Source of the DNA: an uncultured Candidatus Saccharibacteria bacterium | Lineage (GTDB): Bacteria > Patescibacteriota > Minisyncoccia > Phycocordibacterales > UBA6065 | Direction of reading: 5' to 3' | Assembly: GCA_964495425.1 (NCBI GenBank) | Contig: CAZBVG010000003.1 | Span: 64,518 to 128,517 of the forward strand | Length of the DNA stretch: 64,000 nt | Part shown: in pieces, positions 44,639-54,647 of the stretch | Layout of the letters: every line of letters starts with the position of its first letter | How positions within the stretch are numbered: position 1 is the first letter of the stretch | The notes under the pieces: generated by a model | The model's database searches: none | The model's input: only the letters and a program-made list of their open reading frames with translations | What the model was told of the DNA's origin: nothing | Program-made: the position numbers and the translations under genes

Positions 44639-47347
44639 ATGCCCCCAATAAGTCATTTCACAACCAAAGCAAAAGAAGCAATCCGTAGAGCACATGAGCT
44701 TGCGATTGAACGAGGTCAAAACCATGTAAATCCGCTCCATATGCTCTCGGCTCTCATTCTCCAGGAAGAATCGATTGTTACAGCTATCCTCGAGAAGCTC
44801 GAAGTCGATATTATTTTACTTTCAGACTCAATCGCTGAGTCTATTGAAGGTGCAGGAACAGGTGCGACACTTTCACAGTCGTATCAGCTTTACCTTACGC
44901 CAGAACTCGCTCAGGCGATGGAAAACTCTGCAAAAGTTGCAGCGGTACTTAAAGATGAATTTATTTCAACTGAACACCTTTTCATCGCCCTTCTCGAAGT
45001 TCCATCACCAGCAGTGGAAATTTTGTCGAAATTCCGTATTACAAAACAAAATGTGTTGCGAGTACTTGAAGAACTTCGTTCAGCAAAGACAACAGAACAA
45101 GCAACATCAAAAAAGCCTCGCGCGCTCCTTAAGTACACTAAAAGCCTTACGAAACTCGCAAGTGAAAATAAGCTTGATCCAGTCATTGGTCGTGATCAGG
45201 AAATTACACGTATCATTCAGATTCTTTCTCGACGAACAAAAAACAATCCGATTCTCATCGGTGAAGCTGGTGTAGGAAAGACAGCTATTGTTGAAGGTCT
45301 TGCTCTTCGTATGGCACAAGGAGATGTGCCGGAATCTTTGAAGGATAAAGAGCTCGTGCTTCTTGATCTCGGACTTCTAGTTGCGGGAACGAAATATCGC
45401 GGTGAATTCGAAGAGCGTTTGAAGAATATTATGAAAGAAGTTGAGCGCTCTGAAGGAAAAGTAATTTTGTTCATCGATGAAATCCATACCATTGTTGGCG
45501 CGGGTGCTGCCGAAGGTTCTATGGATGCTTCTAATTTGTTGAAGCCAGCACTTGCTCGAGGTGAACTTCGCGCAATCGGTGCTACCACGTTGAAGGAATA
45601 TCAAAAGCATATAGAAAAAGATCCCGCGCTCACACGACGATTCCAGCCTGTGTATGTCGCAGAGCCTTCAACTGAAGACGCGATTGCTATCCTGCGAGGA
45701 CTCAAGGAAAAATATGAGCTCTATCACGGCGTGCGAATTACTGATGATGCAATTGTCGCAGCAGTGAATCTTTCGTCTCGTTACATCTCTGACCGATTCT
45801 TGCCTGACAAGACAGTTGATTTGATTGATGAAGCTGCGTCTGCGCTTAAAATTTCTCTTGAATCGAAACCGCCGCTCCTTGAAGATACTCATCGAAAAAT
45901 CATGCGACTCGAAATCGAACGGGAAGCGTTGCGAAAAGAAATTGAGTCAACTAAAGATGAGAAGGTGGAAGCGAAAGCGCCAAAGGCTCGTATAAAGGCT
46001 ATTGAAAAGGAAATTGCAGATCTCAAGGAAAAGACGAGCGAACTTGAAATTAAATGGAAGAGTGAGAAGGAGCTTCTCATGGGCATCAAGGCTAACAAGA
46101 AGGATCTAGAGAAATTGCGACTTGATGCGGAGGCGGCAGAACTCAAAGCTGAGCTCTCAAAGGCTGCTGAAATTCGTTACGGAAAAATTCCTGCCCTCGA
46201 ACGAGATCTCGATACCAAGATGAAGAAACTTAAAAAACTTCAATCATCTCGACGAATTCTTAAAGAAGAGATCAATGAACAGGATATTGCTGATGTGGTT
46301 TCTAAATGGACCGGCATTCCTGTTTCGCGAATGCTCGAAGAAGAAGCATCAAAGCTCATGCGTATGGAAGAGGAGCTTTCAAAGCGAGTTGTTGGTCAGT
46401 TAGAAGCTGTAAAGAAGATCGCAGACACCGTACGACGTGCACGCGCAGGCATCGGGGATCCAAATCGACCGATCGGCTCTTTCCTTTTCCTTGGTCCAAC
46501 CGGAGTGGGAAAGACAGAGCTTACAAAAGCGCTCGCTGAATTCATGTTCAATGATGAAAAGTCACTCATTCGTGTGGACATGTCAGAATTCATGGAAAAG
46601 CATTCAACGTCAAAACTTATCGGTGCACCTCCTGGATATGTGGGATATGAAGAAGGTGGAGCGCTCACAGAGATGGTGCGTCATCGACCGTATTCTGTAA
46701 TTTTGTTCGACGAAATCGAAAAGGCACATCCGGAAGTATTCAATATTCTTTTGCAGGTATTGGATAACGGACGTCTAACCGACACCAAGGGCCGTGTGGT
46801 GAACTTCAAGAATACAGTTATTATCCTCACTTCAAACATTGGCGCTCAGTATATCGACAAAATGGAGAAGCTTGGCTTCGCATCAGAATCTAGCGATAAA
46901 GCAAAGTACAATGATGTAAAGGGTAAGGTCATGGAGAGTCTCAAGGATTACTTCCGACCAGAATTCTTGAATCGTCTCGATTCGATCATTCTCTTTGATG
47001 TACTTTCTGAAGAATCCATCAGAAATATTGTTAAGATCCAGGTTGATCAGATCATCAAGCGACTTGAAGAAAAGGAGATCAAGCTTGAAATCGCGACAAC
47101 GGTGCTCGAGTATCTTGCAAAGGAAGGATATAACCCTCAGTACGGAGCTCGTCCCTTGAAGCGCCTCATTCAGGAGAAGATTCTGACACCAGTTGCTGGA
47201 TTTATGATTTCACAAGGTGTAGGCAAGGGCGGAACAATTTCTGTCGGTGTAAAAAACGGAGAGTTCACCTTCGACGTAAAGAAAGGTAAGAAGCCGATTC
47301 CTATTAAGGCATTTGGTGAGGAAATGGAAACAGAAAAGGTTGGTTAA
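44639..47347 (+). CDS. clpB: ATP-dependent chaperone ClpB (two AAA+ modules with long M-domain coiled-coil)
   Basis: Clp N-domain repeats. NBD1 [15 protein letters not shown]. Long coiled-coil insertion 45.8-46.3 kb. NBD2 [15 protein letters not shown]. Sensor-2 GARPLKR. 902 aa. Confidence 0.85.
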   Translation: MPPISHFTTKAKEAIRRAHELAIERGQNHVNPLHMLSALILQEESIVTAILEKLEVDIILLSDSIAESIEGAGTGATLSQSYQLYLTPELAQAMENSAKVAAVLKDEFISTEHLFIALLEVPSPAVEILSKFRITKQNVLRVLEELRSAKTTEQATSKKPRALLKYTKSLTKLASENKLDPVIGRDQEITRIIQILSRRTKNNPILIGEAGVGKTAIVEGLALRMAQGDVPESLKDKELVLLDLGLLVAGTKYRGEFEERLKNIMKEVERSEGKVILFIDEIHTIVGAGAAEGSMDASNLLKPALARGELRAIGATTLKEYQKHIEKDPALTRRFQPVYVAEPSTEDAIAILRGLKEKYELYHGVRITDDAIVAAVNLSSRYISDRFLPDKTVDLIDEAASALKISLESKPPLLEDTHRKIMRLEIEREALRKEIESTKDEKVEAKAPKARIKAIEKEIADLKEKTSELEIKWKSEKELLMGIKANKKDLEKLRLDAEAAELKAELSKAAEIRYGKIPALERDLDTKMKKLKKLQSSRRILKEEINEQDIADVVSKWTGIPVSRMLEEEASKLMRMEEELSKRVVGQLEAVKKIADTVRRARAGIGDPNRPIGSFLFLGPTGVGKTELTKALAEFMFNDEKSLIRVDMSEFMEKHSTSKLIGAPPGYVGYEEGGALTEMVRHRPYSVILFDEIEKAHPEVFNILLQVLDNGRLTDTKGRVVNFKNTVIILTSNIGAQYIDKMEKLGFASESSDKAKYNDVKGKVMESLKDYFRPEFLNRLDSIILFDVLSEESIRNIVKIQVDQIIKRLEEKEIKLEIATTVLEYLAKEGYNPQYGARPLKRLIQEKILTPVAGFMISQGVGKGGTISVGVKNGEFTFDVKKGKKPIPIKAFGEEMETEKVG

Positions 47348-47350
47348 ACA

Positions 47351-47375
47351 AAAAGCCGGCATGTGCCGGCTTTTG
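47351..47375. terminator. Bidirectional terminator (aaaaagccggcatgtgccggctttt)
   Basis: Perfect hairpin between the clpB stop and the tRNA-Tyr 3' end. Confidence 0.65.
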
Positions 47376-47462
47376 TGGTGCGTAGAGAGGGATTCGAACC
47401 CCCGTAGCCCAATGGGCGACAGATTTACAGTCTGCTGCGATTGACCACTCCGCCATCTACGC
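47376..47462 (-). tRNA. tRNA-Tyr (anticodon GTA), long variable arm, CCA encoded
   Basis: Reverse complement GCGTAGA-TG-GCG-GAGTGGTCAAT-CGC-A-GCAGA-CTGTAAA-TCTGT + 15-nt variable arm + GGGGG-TTCGAAT-CCCTC-TCTACGC-A-CCA. Confidence 0.8.
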
Positions 47463-47542
47463 ATGGGAACTTCACCACTTTATCAGATTTTTCCTTTATA
47501 ACAAGTTTCATTTGTTGGGCGTGGACTGGTATTATGCTTCAT

Positions 47543-48670
47543 ATGAAAAAAGTTCCGATGCGCACATGGGTGGAAGTTAACAGCAAGGCAATCGAACAGA
47601 ATGCCCGCACACTTAAAAGTCTCTTATCAGACGAGGTTTTAATGATGGCAGTCGTTAAGTCGAATGCATATGGACATGGAATGTTAGTTGCAGCGAAGGC
47701 TGCGCTTAAAGGAGGTGCGACATGGCTTGCAGTTGATGAAATAACGGAAGCATTAGAGCTTCGAAAAGGAGGCATTAAGGCACCGATACTCGTGCTTGGG
47801 TATACGCTTCCTGCTTTGTATAAAATTGCTGCGGATAAAAAGATTTCGTTAACAATCTCTTCACTCGATTCCTTGCAAATTTTGGCAAAGACAAAACTGG
47901 GTAAGCGCCTCATGATCCATCTCAAGTTTGATACAGGATTGCATCGACAGGGTATTCCTGAGTCACAGGTCCAACAGGTGCTGAGGCTACTGACGGGCAA
48001 GCAGTTTCCAGCAATTGTAGAGGGTGCGTATACACATTTTGCAGTTATGGAAGATCCACTGCGAGAAGATTATTCTCGACGACAAGCAGAAATGTTTAAA
48101 TCCATGGTTGAAAAACTTCAGGCAAAAGGATTCACTCCTATAACTCATGCTTCAGCAAGCTCGGGTATTCTTTTTTCAAAAAAATTCCACTTTGATATGT
48201 CGAGAACAGGAATTGCTTTGTACGGTATATGGCCTTCGCCTGAAATCAAGAAATGGGCAAAGGAGACAACACTTATTCCGGCACTTTCATGGAAAGCAAT
48301 CGTAAGCGAAGTAAAGCTCGTTTCAAAGGGCTCAAAAGTTGGGTACGATTTGACGCATGAAGTCACGAAAGATTCTCGTATCGCAATTGTACCGATTGGT
48401 TACTGGCATGGACTCCCACGAAGTCTTTCAAATACAGGTTCTGTGTTAGTTAGGGGTAAAAAAGCGCCGATCATTGGAAGGGTGTCTATGGATATGACTA
48501 TTATTGATGTCACTGCAGTACCGAGTGTTGAGCAAGGAGATGAGGTTGTGCTTATAGGCACACAAGACAAGGAGACGCTACCAGCCGAAGAAATGGCCCA
48601 AAATGCAGGTACTATCAACTATGAGGTCCTAACCCGCATAAACCCTCTTATAGCCCGTATTAGCGCCTAA
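47543..48670 (+). CDS. alr: Alanine racemase
   Basis: PLP-Lys motif AVVKSNAYGHG and the C-terminal beta domain. Start trimmed to MKKVPMRTWVEVN; the ORF-track start overlaps tRNA-Tyr. Confidence 0.8.
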   Translation: MKKVPMRTWVEVNSKAIEQNARTLKSLLSDEVLMMAVVKSNAYGHGMLVAAKAALKGGATWLAVDEITEALELRKGGIKAPILVLGYTLPALYKIAADKKISLTISSLDSLQILAKTKLGKRLMIHLKFDTGLHRQGIPESQVQQVLRLLTGKQFPAIVEGAYTHFAVMEDPLREDYSRRQAEMFKSMVEKLQAKGFTPITHASASSGILFSKKFHFDMSRTGIALYGIWPSPEIKKWAKETTLIPALSWKAIVSEVKLVSKGSKVGYDLTHEVTKDSRIAIVPIGYWHGLPRSLSNTGSVLVRGKKAPIIGRVSMDMTIIDVTAVPSVEQGDEVVLIGTQDKETLPAEEMAQNAGTINYEVLTRINPLIARISA

Positions 48671-48727
48671 ATTTGCCCTTTTAGGGTGTCTGTGATAGTA
48701 TCCTTCGTACAACTTTAAGGTAATTCC

Positions 48728-48883
48728 ATGTCACAGGATCAACTCATAATTCTACGAAATAAAGAGACCGGAGAGGTCTACTACACCCGCAAGAACAAGC
48801 GAAAGGTGGAACGCAAGATTGAGCTTAAGAAATATTCAAAGAAGCTCCGAAAGCGCGTTACATTTAAGGAGGCAAAGAAATAA
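48728..48883 (+). CDS. rpmG: 50S ribosomal protein bL33 (51 aa; below ORF-track size cutoff)
   Basis: MSQDQLIILRNKETGEVYYTRKNKRKVERKIELKKYSKKLRKRVTFKEAKK resembles the L33 core (GxxYxTxKNKRxxPEKLELKKYDPxxRKHVxxKExK). Followed by terminator ctgccgaaaggcag + T6 at 48888-48908. Confidence 0.6.
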   Translation: MSQDQLIILRNKETGEVYYTRKNKRKVERKIELKKYSKKLRKRVTFKEAKK

Positions 48884-48908
48884 AAAACTGCCGAAAGGCA
48901 GTTTTTTG

Positions 48909-49397
48909 CTAAATCTTTTTTACGAGTGTGAGCTCTTGAATTTTGTAACCAGTGTTTTCATACGCCGCAATGGCCGCTTTATTCTTCGCTATAACATTTA
49001 GTTTAACAACGGTCACCCTGTTGAGGCCCTTAAGGTATTGAATGGCTGCATCATTAAGTGCTCTAAAGATACCTTGTTTACGATACTCACGGTCAGTCCA
49101 GGCATCAGAAATATACCCAAATATGTTGTAGTTCTCAGTTGTTGTTACACTTTCGTCTGTTTCAATTCGACAACTGATAAATCCTACAATTTTTTCATCA
49201 AATTCAGCCACTAGGATTAATCCAGAATTTTCGGAGTTGAGCTTAATAAGGAGGTCTAGATATCTTTCACCCACGTCTTTTCCAGGGAGGCAAAATTCTG
49301 AAATAGCATGCTCGGTTTCCTGTAGATCAATACAACCGATTATTACAGCGGCCCGATCTGATTTTCTGTAGGGTCTAATTATTAATTTTTTATCCAT
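48909..49397 (-). CDS. GNAT family N-acetyltransferase
   Basis: Acetyl-CoA-binding motif A (REYRKQGIFRALNDAAIQY) and the C-terminal beta-strand typical of the GNAT fold. Confidence 0.7.
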   Translation of the reverse strand: MDKKLIIRPYRKSDRAAVIIGCIDLQETEHAISEFCLPGKDVGERYLDLLIKLNSENSGLILVAEFDEKIVGFISCRIETDESVTTTENYNIFGYISDAWTDREYRKQGIFRALNDAAIQYLKGLNRVTVVKLNVIAKNKAAIAAYENTGYKIQELTLVKKI

Positions 49398-49418
49398 ATT
49401 TAAATAGTTATATTCTAT

Positions 49419-49856
49419 TTGGATTGCTTTGACAAATTCTTAAAAAAGAATAAAAAGAACTACAGAGCTTACGTATGGTGCGTAAGCAAAAATCCAGAAT
49501 ATTCAGAGAGGCTCTCTATGGAATATCCCAAAATAGTTCTCCCCAGACGGTGTTTTGTTGTCACGAAAAATGCTGGGGTCTCGCCACGAGTGCAACTTGC
49601 ACGGAGTGATCATCGGGAATGGCTTTGTGAATTACGGGCCAAGGCAGAACAGGGTCGGCGATACGAGGGCAAGGATCGCTTCGAGGAAAGGCGGATTCGT
49701 ATGTTTTGGCGCGCCATCAGCTTTTTCGTTGATAAGCTGTGTGACAGTAGTACCCCTATCATGATCAATTCAGTACGAGGCGAAATGAGCCGTGTGCGTG
49801 ATTACTGCGAGGATGCGTTTAACGCGGCGGCGAAAGCACTTTTCAAGGTTTCTTAG
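49419..49856 (+). CDS. Hypothetical protein (GC-rich C-terminal two-thirds)
   Basis: ORF with an Arg-rich central segment and no recognisable motif. Ends at hairpin agccatctacatatgtaggtggct + T6 (49866-49895). Confidence 0.3.
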   Translation: MDCFDKFLKKNKKNYRAYVWCVSKNPEYSERLSMEYPKIVLPRRCFVVTKNAGVSPRVQLARSDHREWLCELRAKAEQGRRYEGKDRFEERRIRMFWRAISFFVDKLCDSSTPIMINSVRGEMSRVRDYCEDAFNAAAKALFKVS

Positions 49857-49897
49857 AAACAAACAAGCCATCTACATATGTAGGTGGCTTTTTTATG

Positions 49898-49969
49898 CGG
49901 GCCCGCCCCGACTCGAACGGGGAACCTCGCGTTTGGAGTGCGATGTTTTACCATTGAAACTACAGGCCC
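49898..49969 (-). tRNA. tRNA-Trp (anticodon CCA)
   Basis: Reverse complement GGGCCTG-TA-GTTT-CAATGGTA-AAAC-A-TCGCA-CTCCAAA-CGCGA-GGTT-CCCCG-TTCGAGT-CGGGG-CGGGCCC-G. G73 discriminator. A31.C39 mismatch. Confidence 0.75.
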
Positions 49970-50041
49970 GTACGAACTTTTATAACATACATTCTGACTA
50001 ATTGGAATTTCGCGTGGATTCTATTGGAATATACTTGGCAT

Positions 50042-51196
50042 ATGGAATCAGAGCCTTTGGCCAATAAAATACGTCCGACACGTCTAGATGAATTTGTTGG
50101 GCAAGAAGAATTGGTGGGAGAAGGAAAGCCGCTCCGTAAAGCTGTCGAAGACAAGCATCTTTTTTCATTCATTCTTTGGGGGCCGCCAGGTGTTGGAAAG
50201 ACTACACTTGCCCGAATATATGCAAAAGCACTCGACGCCCGCTTTTATGAACTTTCAGCAGTTAATGCGGGCAAAGATGATATTAAGAAAATCATAGATG
50301 ATTCCACACTTTTAGATCAACGACCCAAAGTTTTATTTTTGGATGAAATTCATAGATTTAATAAAGCTCAACAGGACTTTTTGCTACCCTTTGTTGAATC
50401 TGGTCGACTGACGCTCATCGGTGCCACAACTGAAAATCCAAGTTTTGAAGTCATCTCGGCACTTCTTTCTCGCTGTCGGGTATTTGTTTTGAAAAGTCTT
50501 AGTGAGGAGGAAATAAAAAAGATTCTTAAGAGAACAAAATTAAAGATTCCTAAAGATGCGGTTTCTTGGCTTGCCACAATGGCAAATGGTGACGCTCGTA
50601 TGGTGTTAACCGCTGTTGAAAATGCTGGAAAATTATACGGATCAGTAACTCTAGAGAATCTTAAAAACGCTTACGAGCAGATATTTATTCGCTTTGATAA
50701 GAAAGGAGAAGAACATTACGATACAATCTCTGCATTTATAAAAAGCATGAGATCAGGTGATGTGGACGCGGCTCTGTATTATTTGGCCCGAATGATCCAA
50801 GGCGGGGAAGATCCAAAATTTATCGCACGGCGTATGGTTGTCTTTGCATCTGAGGATATCGGTCTCGCTCAGCCAACTGCGTTAGTGGTCGCAAATGAAG
50901 TATTTAGTGCAGTAGAAAATATCAGCTTACCTGAAGCAGCAATAAATCTGGCACACGGGGTTTCATATCTTGCATTAGCTGCAAAAGACCGTTCCTCATA
51001 CGATGCATATTTTGAAGCGCTCGCTGATGTGCAAAAGTACGGTAATTTGCCTATTCCTATGAAGATACGAAATGCGCCCACAAAACTCATGAAAGAGCTC
51101 GGTTATCACAAGGGTTATAAAAAGTACGACACAGAGTCATATTTGCCAGACAAATTAAAAGGAAAGAAGTATTTAAAAAGAAAAGACAAGAAGTAG
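50042..51196 (+). CDS. rarA: Replication-associated recombination protein A (RarA/MgsA AAA+ ATPase)
   Basis: [14 protein letters not shown], Walker [12 protein letters not shown], Walker [10 protein letters not shown], sensor regions, and the MgsA C-terminal domain ([15 protein letters not shown]). Confidence 0.85.
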   Translation: MESEPLANKIRPTRLDEFVGQEELVGEGKPLRKAVEDKHLFSFILWGPPGVGKTTLARIYAKALDARFYELSAVNAGKDDIKKIIDDSTLLDQRPKVLFLDEIHRFNKAQQDFLLPFVESGRLTLIGATTENPSFEVISALLSRCRVFVLKSLSEEEIKKILKRTKLKIPKDAVSWLATMANGDARMVLTAVENAGKLYGSVTLENLKNAYEQIFIRFDKKGEEHYDTISAFIKSMRSGDVDAALYYLARMIQGGEDPKFIARRMVVFASEDIGLAQPTALVVANEVFSAVENISLPEAAINLAHGVSYLALAAKDRSSYDAYFEALADVQKYGNLPIPMKIRNAPTKLMKELGYHKGYKKYDTESYLPDKLKGKKYLKRKDKK

Positions 51197-51270
51197 ATTG
51201 ACCCAATACCTAATGTGTGGATAATCTGCTTTAGATATGTAATGGGCTCTAAATCCCACAGAGGTGATCT

Positions 51271-51780
51271 ATGACAAGATTAAAAATTGATGTTTACGGC
51301 TTGCTTTCATTTAGGCAAGTTGGCCCGGAATTTACAATTCCTGTTTGTGCAATGTCGGCATTGGAACTGGTGAAGAAGTTTAAACAAGAAGGCGTTTCTC
51401 TTTTTTCATCCACAATCTTTGCTGATCCGGGCAGAATGTTTACTGTAACGTCTGGTTCAGCACGAGTCGCGATTGTTGAAGTTACGGCTCCTCGGCCGTG
51501 TTTTTTCGGAACTGAATTTATGGAACGGGCAAAACTTTCAGGTTTCAATTACCTGCAAGCTGATGTCGGTCCTTATATCGCATTAAGTTATGCGTACAAG
51601 TTCAGTCCTGTTACGGTCGCATCGCTGCCATTTCCTTCAACTGTAAACTCGAACGATCCAGCTCATTTATTGTGGAAGATTAGTCGGATCGGAGACGCCA
51701 AGCCCAATCTTATGGCGATTGAAGCCAATCCTCGAATCGAGGGTGTACGATACATCGCCTGCTTGCCGTGTCCAAACTAA
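51271..51780 (+). CDS. Hypothetical protein
   Basis: 169-aa ORF followed by terminator actccgcttgtcggagt + T7 (51783-51806). No recognisable motif. Confidence 0.3.
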   Translation: MTRLKIDVYGLLSFRQVGPEFTIPVCAMSALELVKKFKQEGVSLFSSTIFADPGRMFTVTSGSARVAIVEVTAPRPCFFGTEFMERAKLSGFNYLQADVGPYIALSYAYKFSPVTVASLPFPSTVNSNDPAHLLWKISRIGDAKPNLMAIEANPRIEGVRYIACLPCPN

Positions 51781-51801
51781 ACTCCGCTTGTCGGAGTTTT
51801 T

Positions 51802-52695
51802 TTATGCGAGAAATGATGCGAGTTTTTTGTCTATCTTTTTGTTCTCGTTGAGTTCAAACCACTGAATCTTTTTATTTCTTTTAAACCACATCATCTGACG
51901 TTTAGAAAAATGAAATATATCCCACTCAAGTTTATTGAGCATATCTTCTTTTGAAAGCTTTTTTTGTAGATAGAGAGCAATGTATCTGTATTCTAGGCCG
52001 AGTGAGTGGAGTCTTTTCCAAGATATGCCTTTTGCATGAAGCTTTTTTACTTCGGTAATCATTCCCGCATCGATACGCTTCAAAAGGCGATTATGGATTC
52101 GTGCTCGGAGAAGTTCCCGGGAAGTCGTAAGTCCGATAAAGAGCGTTTGGTATTGTTTTTTCTTGAGGGTGGGAGGGACTGTACCAAGGGTTTTCGCAAT
52201 TTCAATTGCGCGAATGATCCGCACCTTGTTATGCGGATCCAGAGTTTTTGCTCGACGTGAATCCAGCCTCATTATTATTTTCATGAGAGCTTCAGTGGTT
52301 TTCTTGGCGAGTTCTGCGCGTAGTTTTTTATTAGGTGGCGCTTTAGGAAATTGTTCGTTGAATACAAGGGCATCTATATAAAATCCTGTACCGCCACATA
52401 TGATAGGGAGCTTACCTTTTGACAAAATGCTTGCGATCGCGTGTGTGCCATCATTTTTAAAATTTTCAACCGTGTAGACTTTTTTGGGTGAAACAACGTC
52501 GAGGAGGTGGTGGTTCACACCCTGCATTTCGTCATGTGTTATTTTTCCTGAACCTAGATCCAATCCTTTATATACCTGACGAGAATCAGCGGAAATAACC
52601 TCGCCATTGTATTTTTGGGCAAGTTGTACCGCGAGGTCGCTTTTACCAGTAGCAGTGGGTCCGCAAATTACTACGATTTTTGGGAGATTTGCCAT
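51802..52695 (-). CDS. miaA: tRNA dimethylallyltransferase
   Basis: P-loop KIVVICGPTATGKSDLAVQLA, ISADSRQVYKGLDLGSGK, and DVVSP motifs. Start placed at MANLPKIVVIC; an upstream in-frame M at 52731 is also possible. Confidence 0.8.
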   Translation of the reverse strand: MANLPKIVVICGPTATGKSDLAVQLAQKYNGEVISADSRQVYKGLDLGSGKITHDEMQGVNHHLLDVVSPKKVYTVENFKNDGTHAIASILSKGKLPIICGGTGFYIDALVFNEQFPKAPPNKKLRAELAKKTTEALMKIIMRLDSRRAKTLDPHNKVRIIRAIEIAKTLGTVPPTLKKKQYQTLFIGLTTSRELLRARIHNRLLKRIDAGMITEVKKLHAKGISWKRLHSLGLEYRYIALYLQKKLSKEDMLNKLEWDIFHFSKRQMMWFKRNKKIQWFELNENKKIDKKLASFLA

Positions 52696-52790
52696 CGATG
52701 CATTTCTACCAGGGATAGACGTCTTTAGCAATAGAAGAGATTGCTTTACTTACAGGTTACTGTATAGTCCTTTCGGAACTCTTTCACACT

Positions 52791-53453
52791 ATGATGAACA
52801 TGCCAATACGAATTGTTATTGTTGATGCCCAGCAGTTATTCCGCGAGGGAGTGGCGGCACTTCTTACTCAGGCAGGGGGTTTTGAGGTTGTGGGTCAGGC
52901 AGCAAAAGCGGGTGAAGTGATATCTGTTGTTGAGACAACACAGCCACACATTGTGCTTACCAGTTTCATTCTTCAAGCTCAAACGGGTTTTGATGTCGCT
53001 CGCAATGTGAGTGAAATTTCATCAGATATTCCCATTGCGATGCTTGTTGATGAGGTAACGGATATTCTCCTGATGCACATTTTGAGGTCGCGTGTTTCGG
53101 GCGTCATTGCTAAATCAGATTCTAGTGCCAGCTTGATTGCCGTTATTCAGACCATTGTCTCGAAAAAGGAATTCGGTGCTCCGGATCACGTTATTCGTCG
53201 CTTACCGAAGGTCATTAGTCATTTTGAGGCAAGCAAAAGGTCTCTTTCAGAGCGCGAGGTGGTTGTGCTCTTGCTACTCGCGCAGGGTAAGCCGTCCCGT
53301 GAAATCGCTCAAATTCTGAATATATCAACGAAGACGATTGATTCTCACAGGGAGCACATCAAATTGAAACTCAATATTCGTGGCGGTGCTGAATCATACA
53401 TGCATGCTGCTCGAGTGTTGGGTGTTATGCAGGTAACTCCTAGTGCTGCATAA
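52791..53453 (+). CDS. LuxR/NarL-family transcriptional regulator with atypical (Asp-less) receiver domain
   Basis: C-terminal LuxR HTH (LSEREVVVLLLLAQGKPSREIAQILNISTKTIDSHREHIKLKL). The N-terminal receiver-like fold has VDAQQ at the acidic pocket and LTSF where the phospho-acceptor Asp is expected. Confidence 0.7.
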   Translation: MMNMPIRIVIVDAQQLFREGVAALLTQAGGFEVVGQAAKAGEVISVVETTQPHIVLTSFILQAQTGFDVARNVSEISSDIPIAMLVDEVTDILLMHILRSRVSGVIAKSDSSASLIAVIQTIVSKKEFGAPDHVIRRLPKVISHFEASKRSLSEREVVVLLLLAQGKPSREIAQILNISTKTIDSHREHIKLKLNIRGGAESYMHAARVLGVMQVTPSAA

Positions 53454-53455
53454 AT

Positions 53456-53487
53456 TTAAAGCCGCGATTACATCGCGGCTTTTTCTT
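53456..53487 (+). terminator. Rho-independent terminator (agccgcgat-taca-tcgcggct + T5)
   Basis: 9-bp stem directly after the regulator stop. Confidence 0.7.
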
Positions 53488-53490
53488 GTG

Positions 53491-53571
53491 TGCCGGAGGT
53501 GGGACTTGAACCCACACACCTTGCGGTACACGATTTTGAGTCGTGCGTGTCTGCCATTCCACCACTCCGGC
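53491..53571 (-). tRNA. tRNA-Leu (anticodon CAA), long variable arm
   Basis: Reverse complement GCCGGAG-TG-GTG-GAATGGCAGA-CAC-G-CACGA-CTCAAAA-TCGTG + 13-nt variable arm + GTGGG-TTCAAGT-CCCAC-CTCCGGC-A. Confidence 0.8.
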
Positions 53572-53638
53572 GATTCATTGAATCTACACTAAAAACTCAG
53601 TTTTCTCAATTTCTTTAGGCTTATGATAAAATCATTGC

Positions 53639-54622
53639 ATGACATCCCAATTCTTTGGTGATTCAATCTTTTGGATTGAGACCGATAAAATTCACCCAAA
53701 CCCATATCAGCCACGACGCGAGTTCGATGAGGGCGCTCTTCGTGATCTTTCAGAATCAATCCGCATGTATGGTTTGCTCCAGCCGCTCGTAGTTACACGA
53801 ACGGAAATTCAAAAGGAAGATGGTGGTATGGCCGTTGAGTATGAACTCATTTCAGGAGAGCGACGATTGCGAGCATCGAAGCTTTTGGGCCTACAACAGG
53901 TTCCTGCAATCATTCGTGCAAATACCGATGACGCTCGAGTAAAATTAGAGTTGGCAATTATTGAAAACCTTCAAAGAGAAGACCTTAATCCTGTTGAACG
54001 TGCGCGATCGTTCAATCAGTTGGTCGAAGAATTCGGTTTAAAACACATACAAGTTGCTCAAAAAATAGGAAAATCGCGCGAGTATGTTTCTAACTGTATT
54101 CGACTTCTCGCACTTCCATCAGATATTCTTGATGCGCTCTCCGCGGGTAAAATATCAGAAGGTCATGCGCGACCGCTCTTAATGCTTTGTGATCGACCTG
54201 AGGAACAATCAACCTTATTCAAGGAAATTATGTTCAAGCGCTTGACGGTGCGAGAAACAGAAATGATAGCTCGCAAGATTGCGGTTGAAAAAGCTCGAAA
54301 GAAGGAACGTCAGTTCGATCCAGAAATTCTCGAGATCGAACAGAAGCTTTCAGAGACATTTGGCACTCGGGTTTCTATCGAGCAGAAACAAAAGGGAGGT
54401 AAAATTACTATTGATTTCTTTTCTCCAGAAGATTTGAAGGCAATTATTAATATTGTGGGCAAGAAAGAGGGAGCGATTGCGGTGAACACGGTAAAAGAAA
54501 CTGAACCAGGTACTGCAACGCCTTCAGAGGTGCAGGCGACACTCGATGATAGATCAAAAGAGGAAAAGAAAGAAGATGAAAATACCGAGGAATTGTATTC
54601 GATAAAGAACTTTAGCCTCTAA
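53639..54622 (+). CDS. parB: Chromosome partitioning protein ParB/Spo0J
   Basis: ParB N-terminal box LQPLVV...GERRLRASKLLGL..VPAIIR, an HTH region, and a C-terminal dimerisation domain. Terminator accgacattatgtcggt at 54628-54645. Confidence 0.8.
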   Translation: MTSQFFGDSIFWIETDKIHPNPYQPRREFDEGALRDLSESIRMYGLLQPLVVTRTEIQKEDGGMAVEYELISGERRLRASKLLGLQQVPAIIRANTDDARVKLELAIIENLQREDLNPVERARSFNQLVEEFGLKHIQVAQKIGKSREYVSNCIRLLALPSDILDALSAGKISEGHARPLLMLCDRPEEQSTLFKEIMFKRLTVRETEMIARKIAVEKARKKERQFDPEILEIEQKLSETFGTRVSIEQKQKGGKITIDFFSPEDLKAIINIVGKKEGAIAVNTVKETEPGTATPSEVQATLDDRSKEEKKEDENTEELYSIKNFSL

Positions 54623-54647
54623 GAATAAAACCGACATTATGTCGGTT

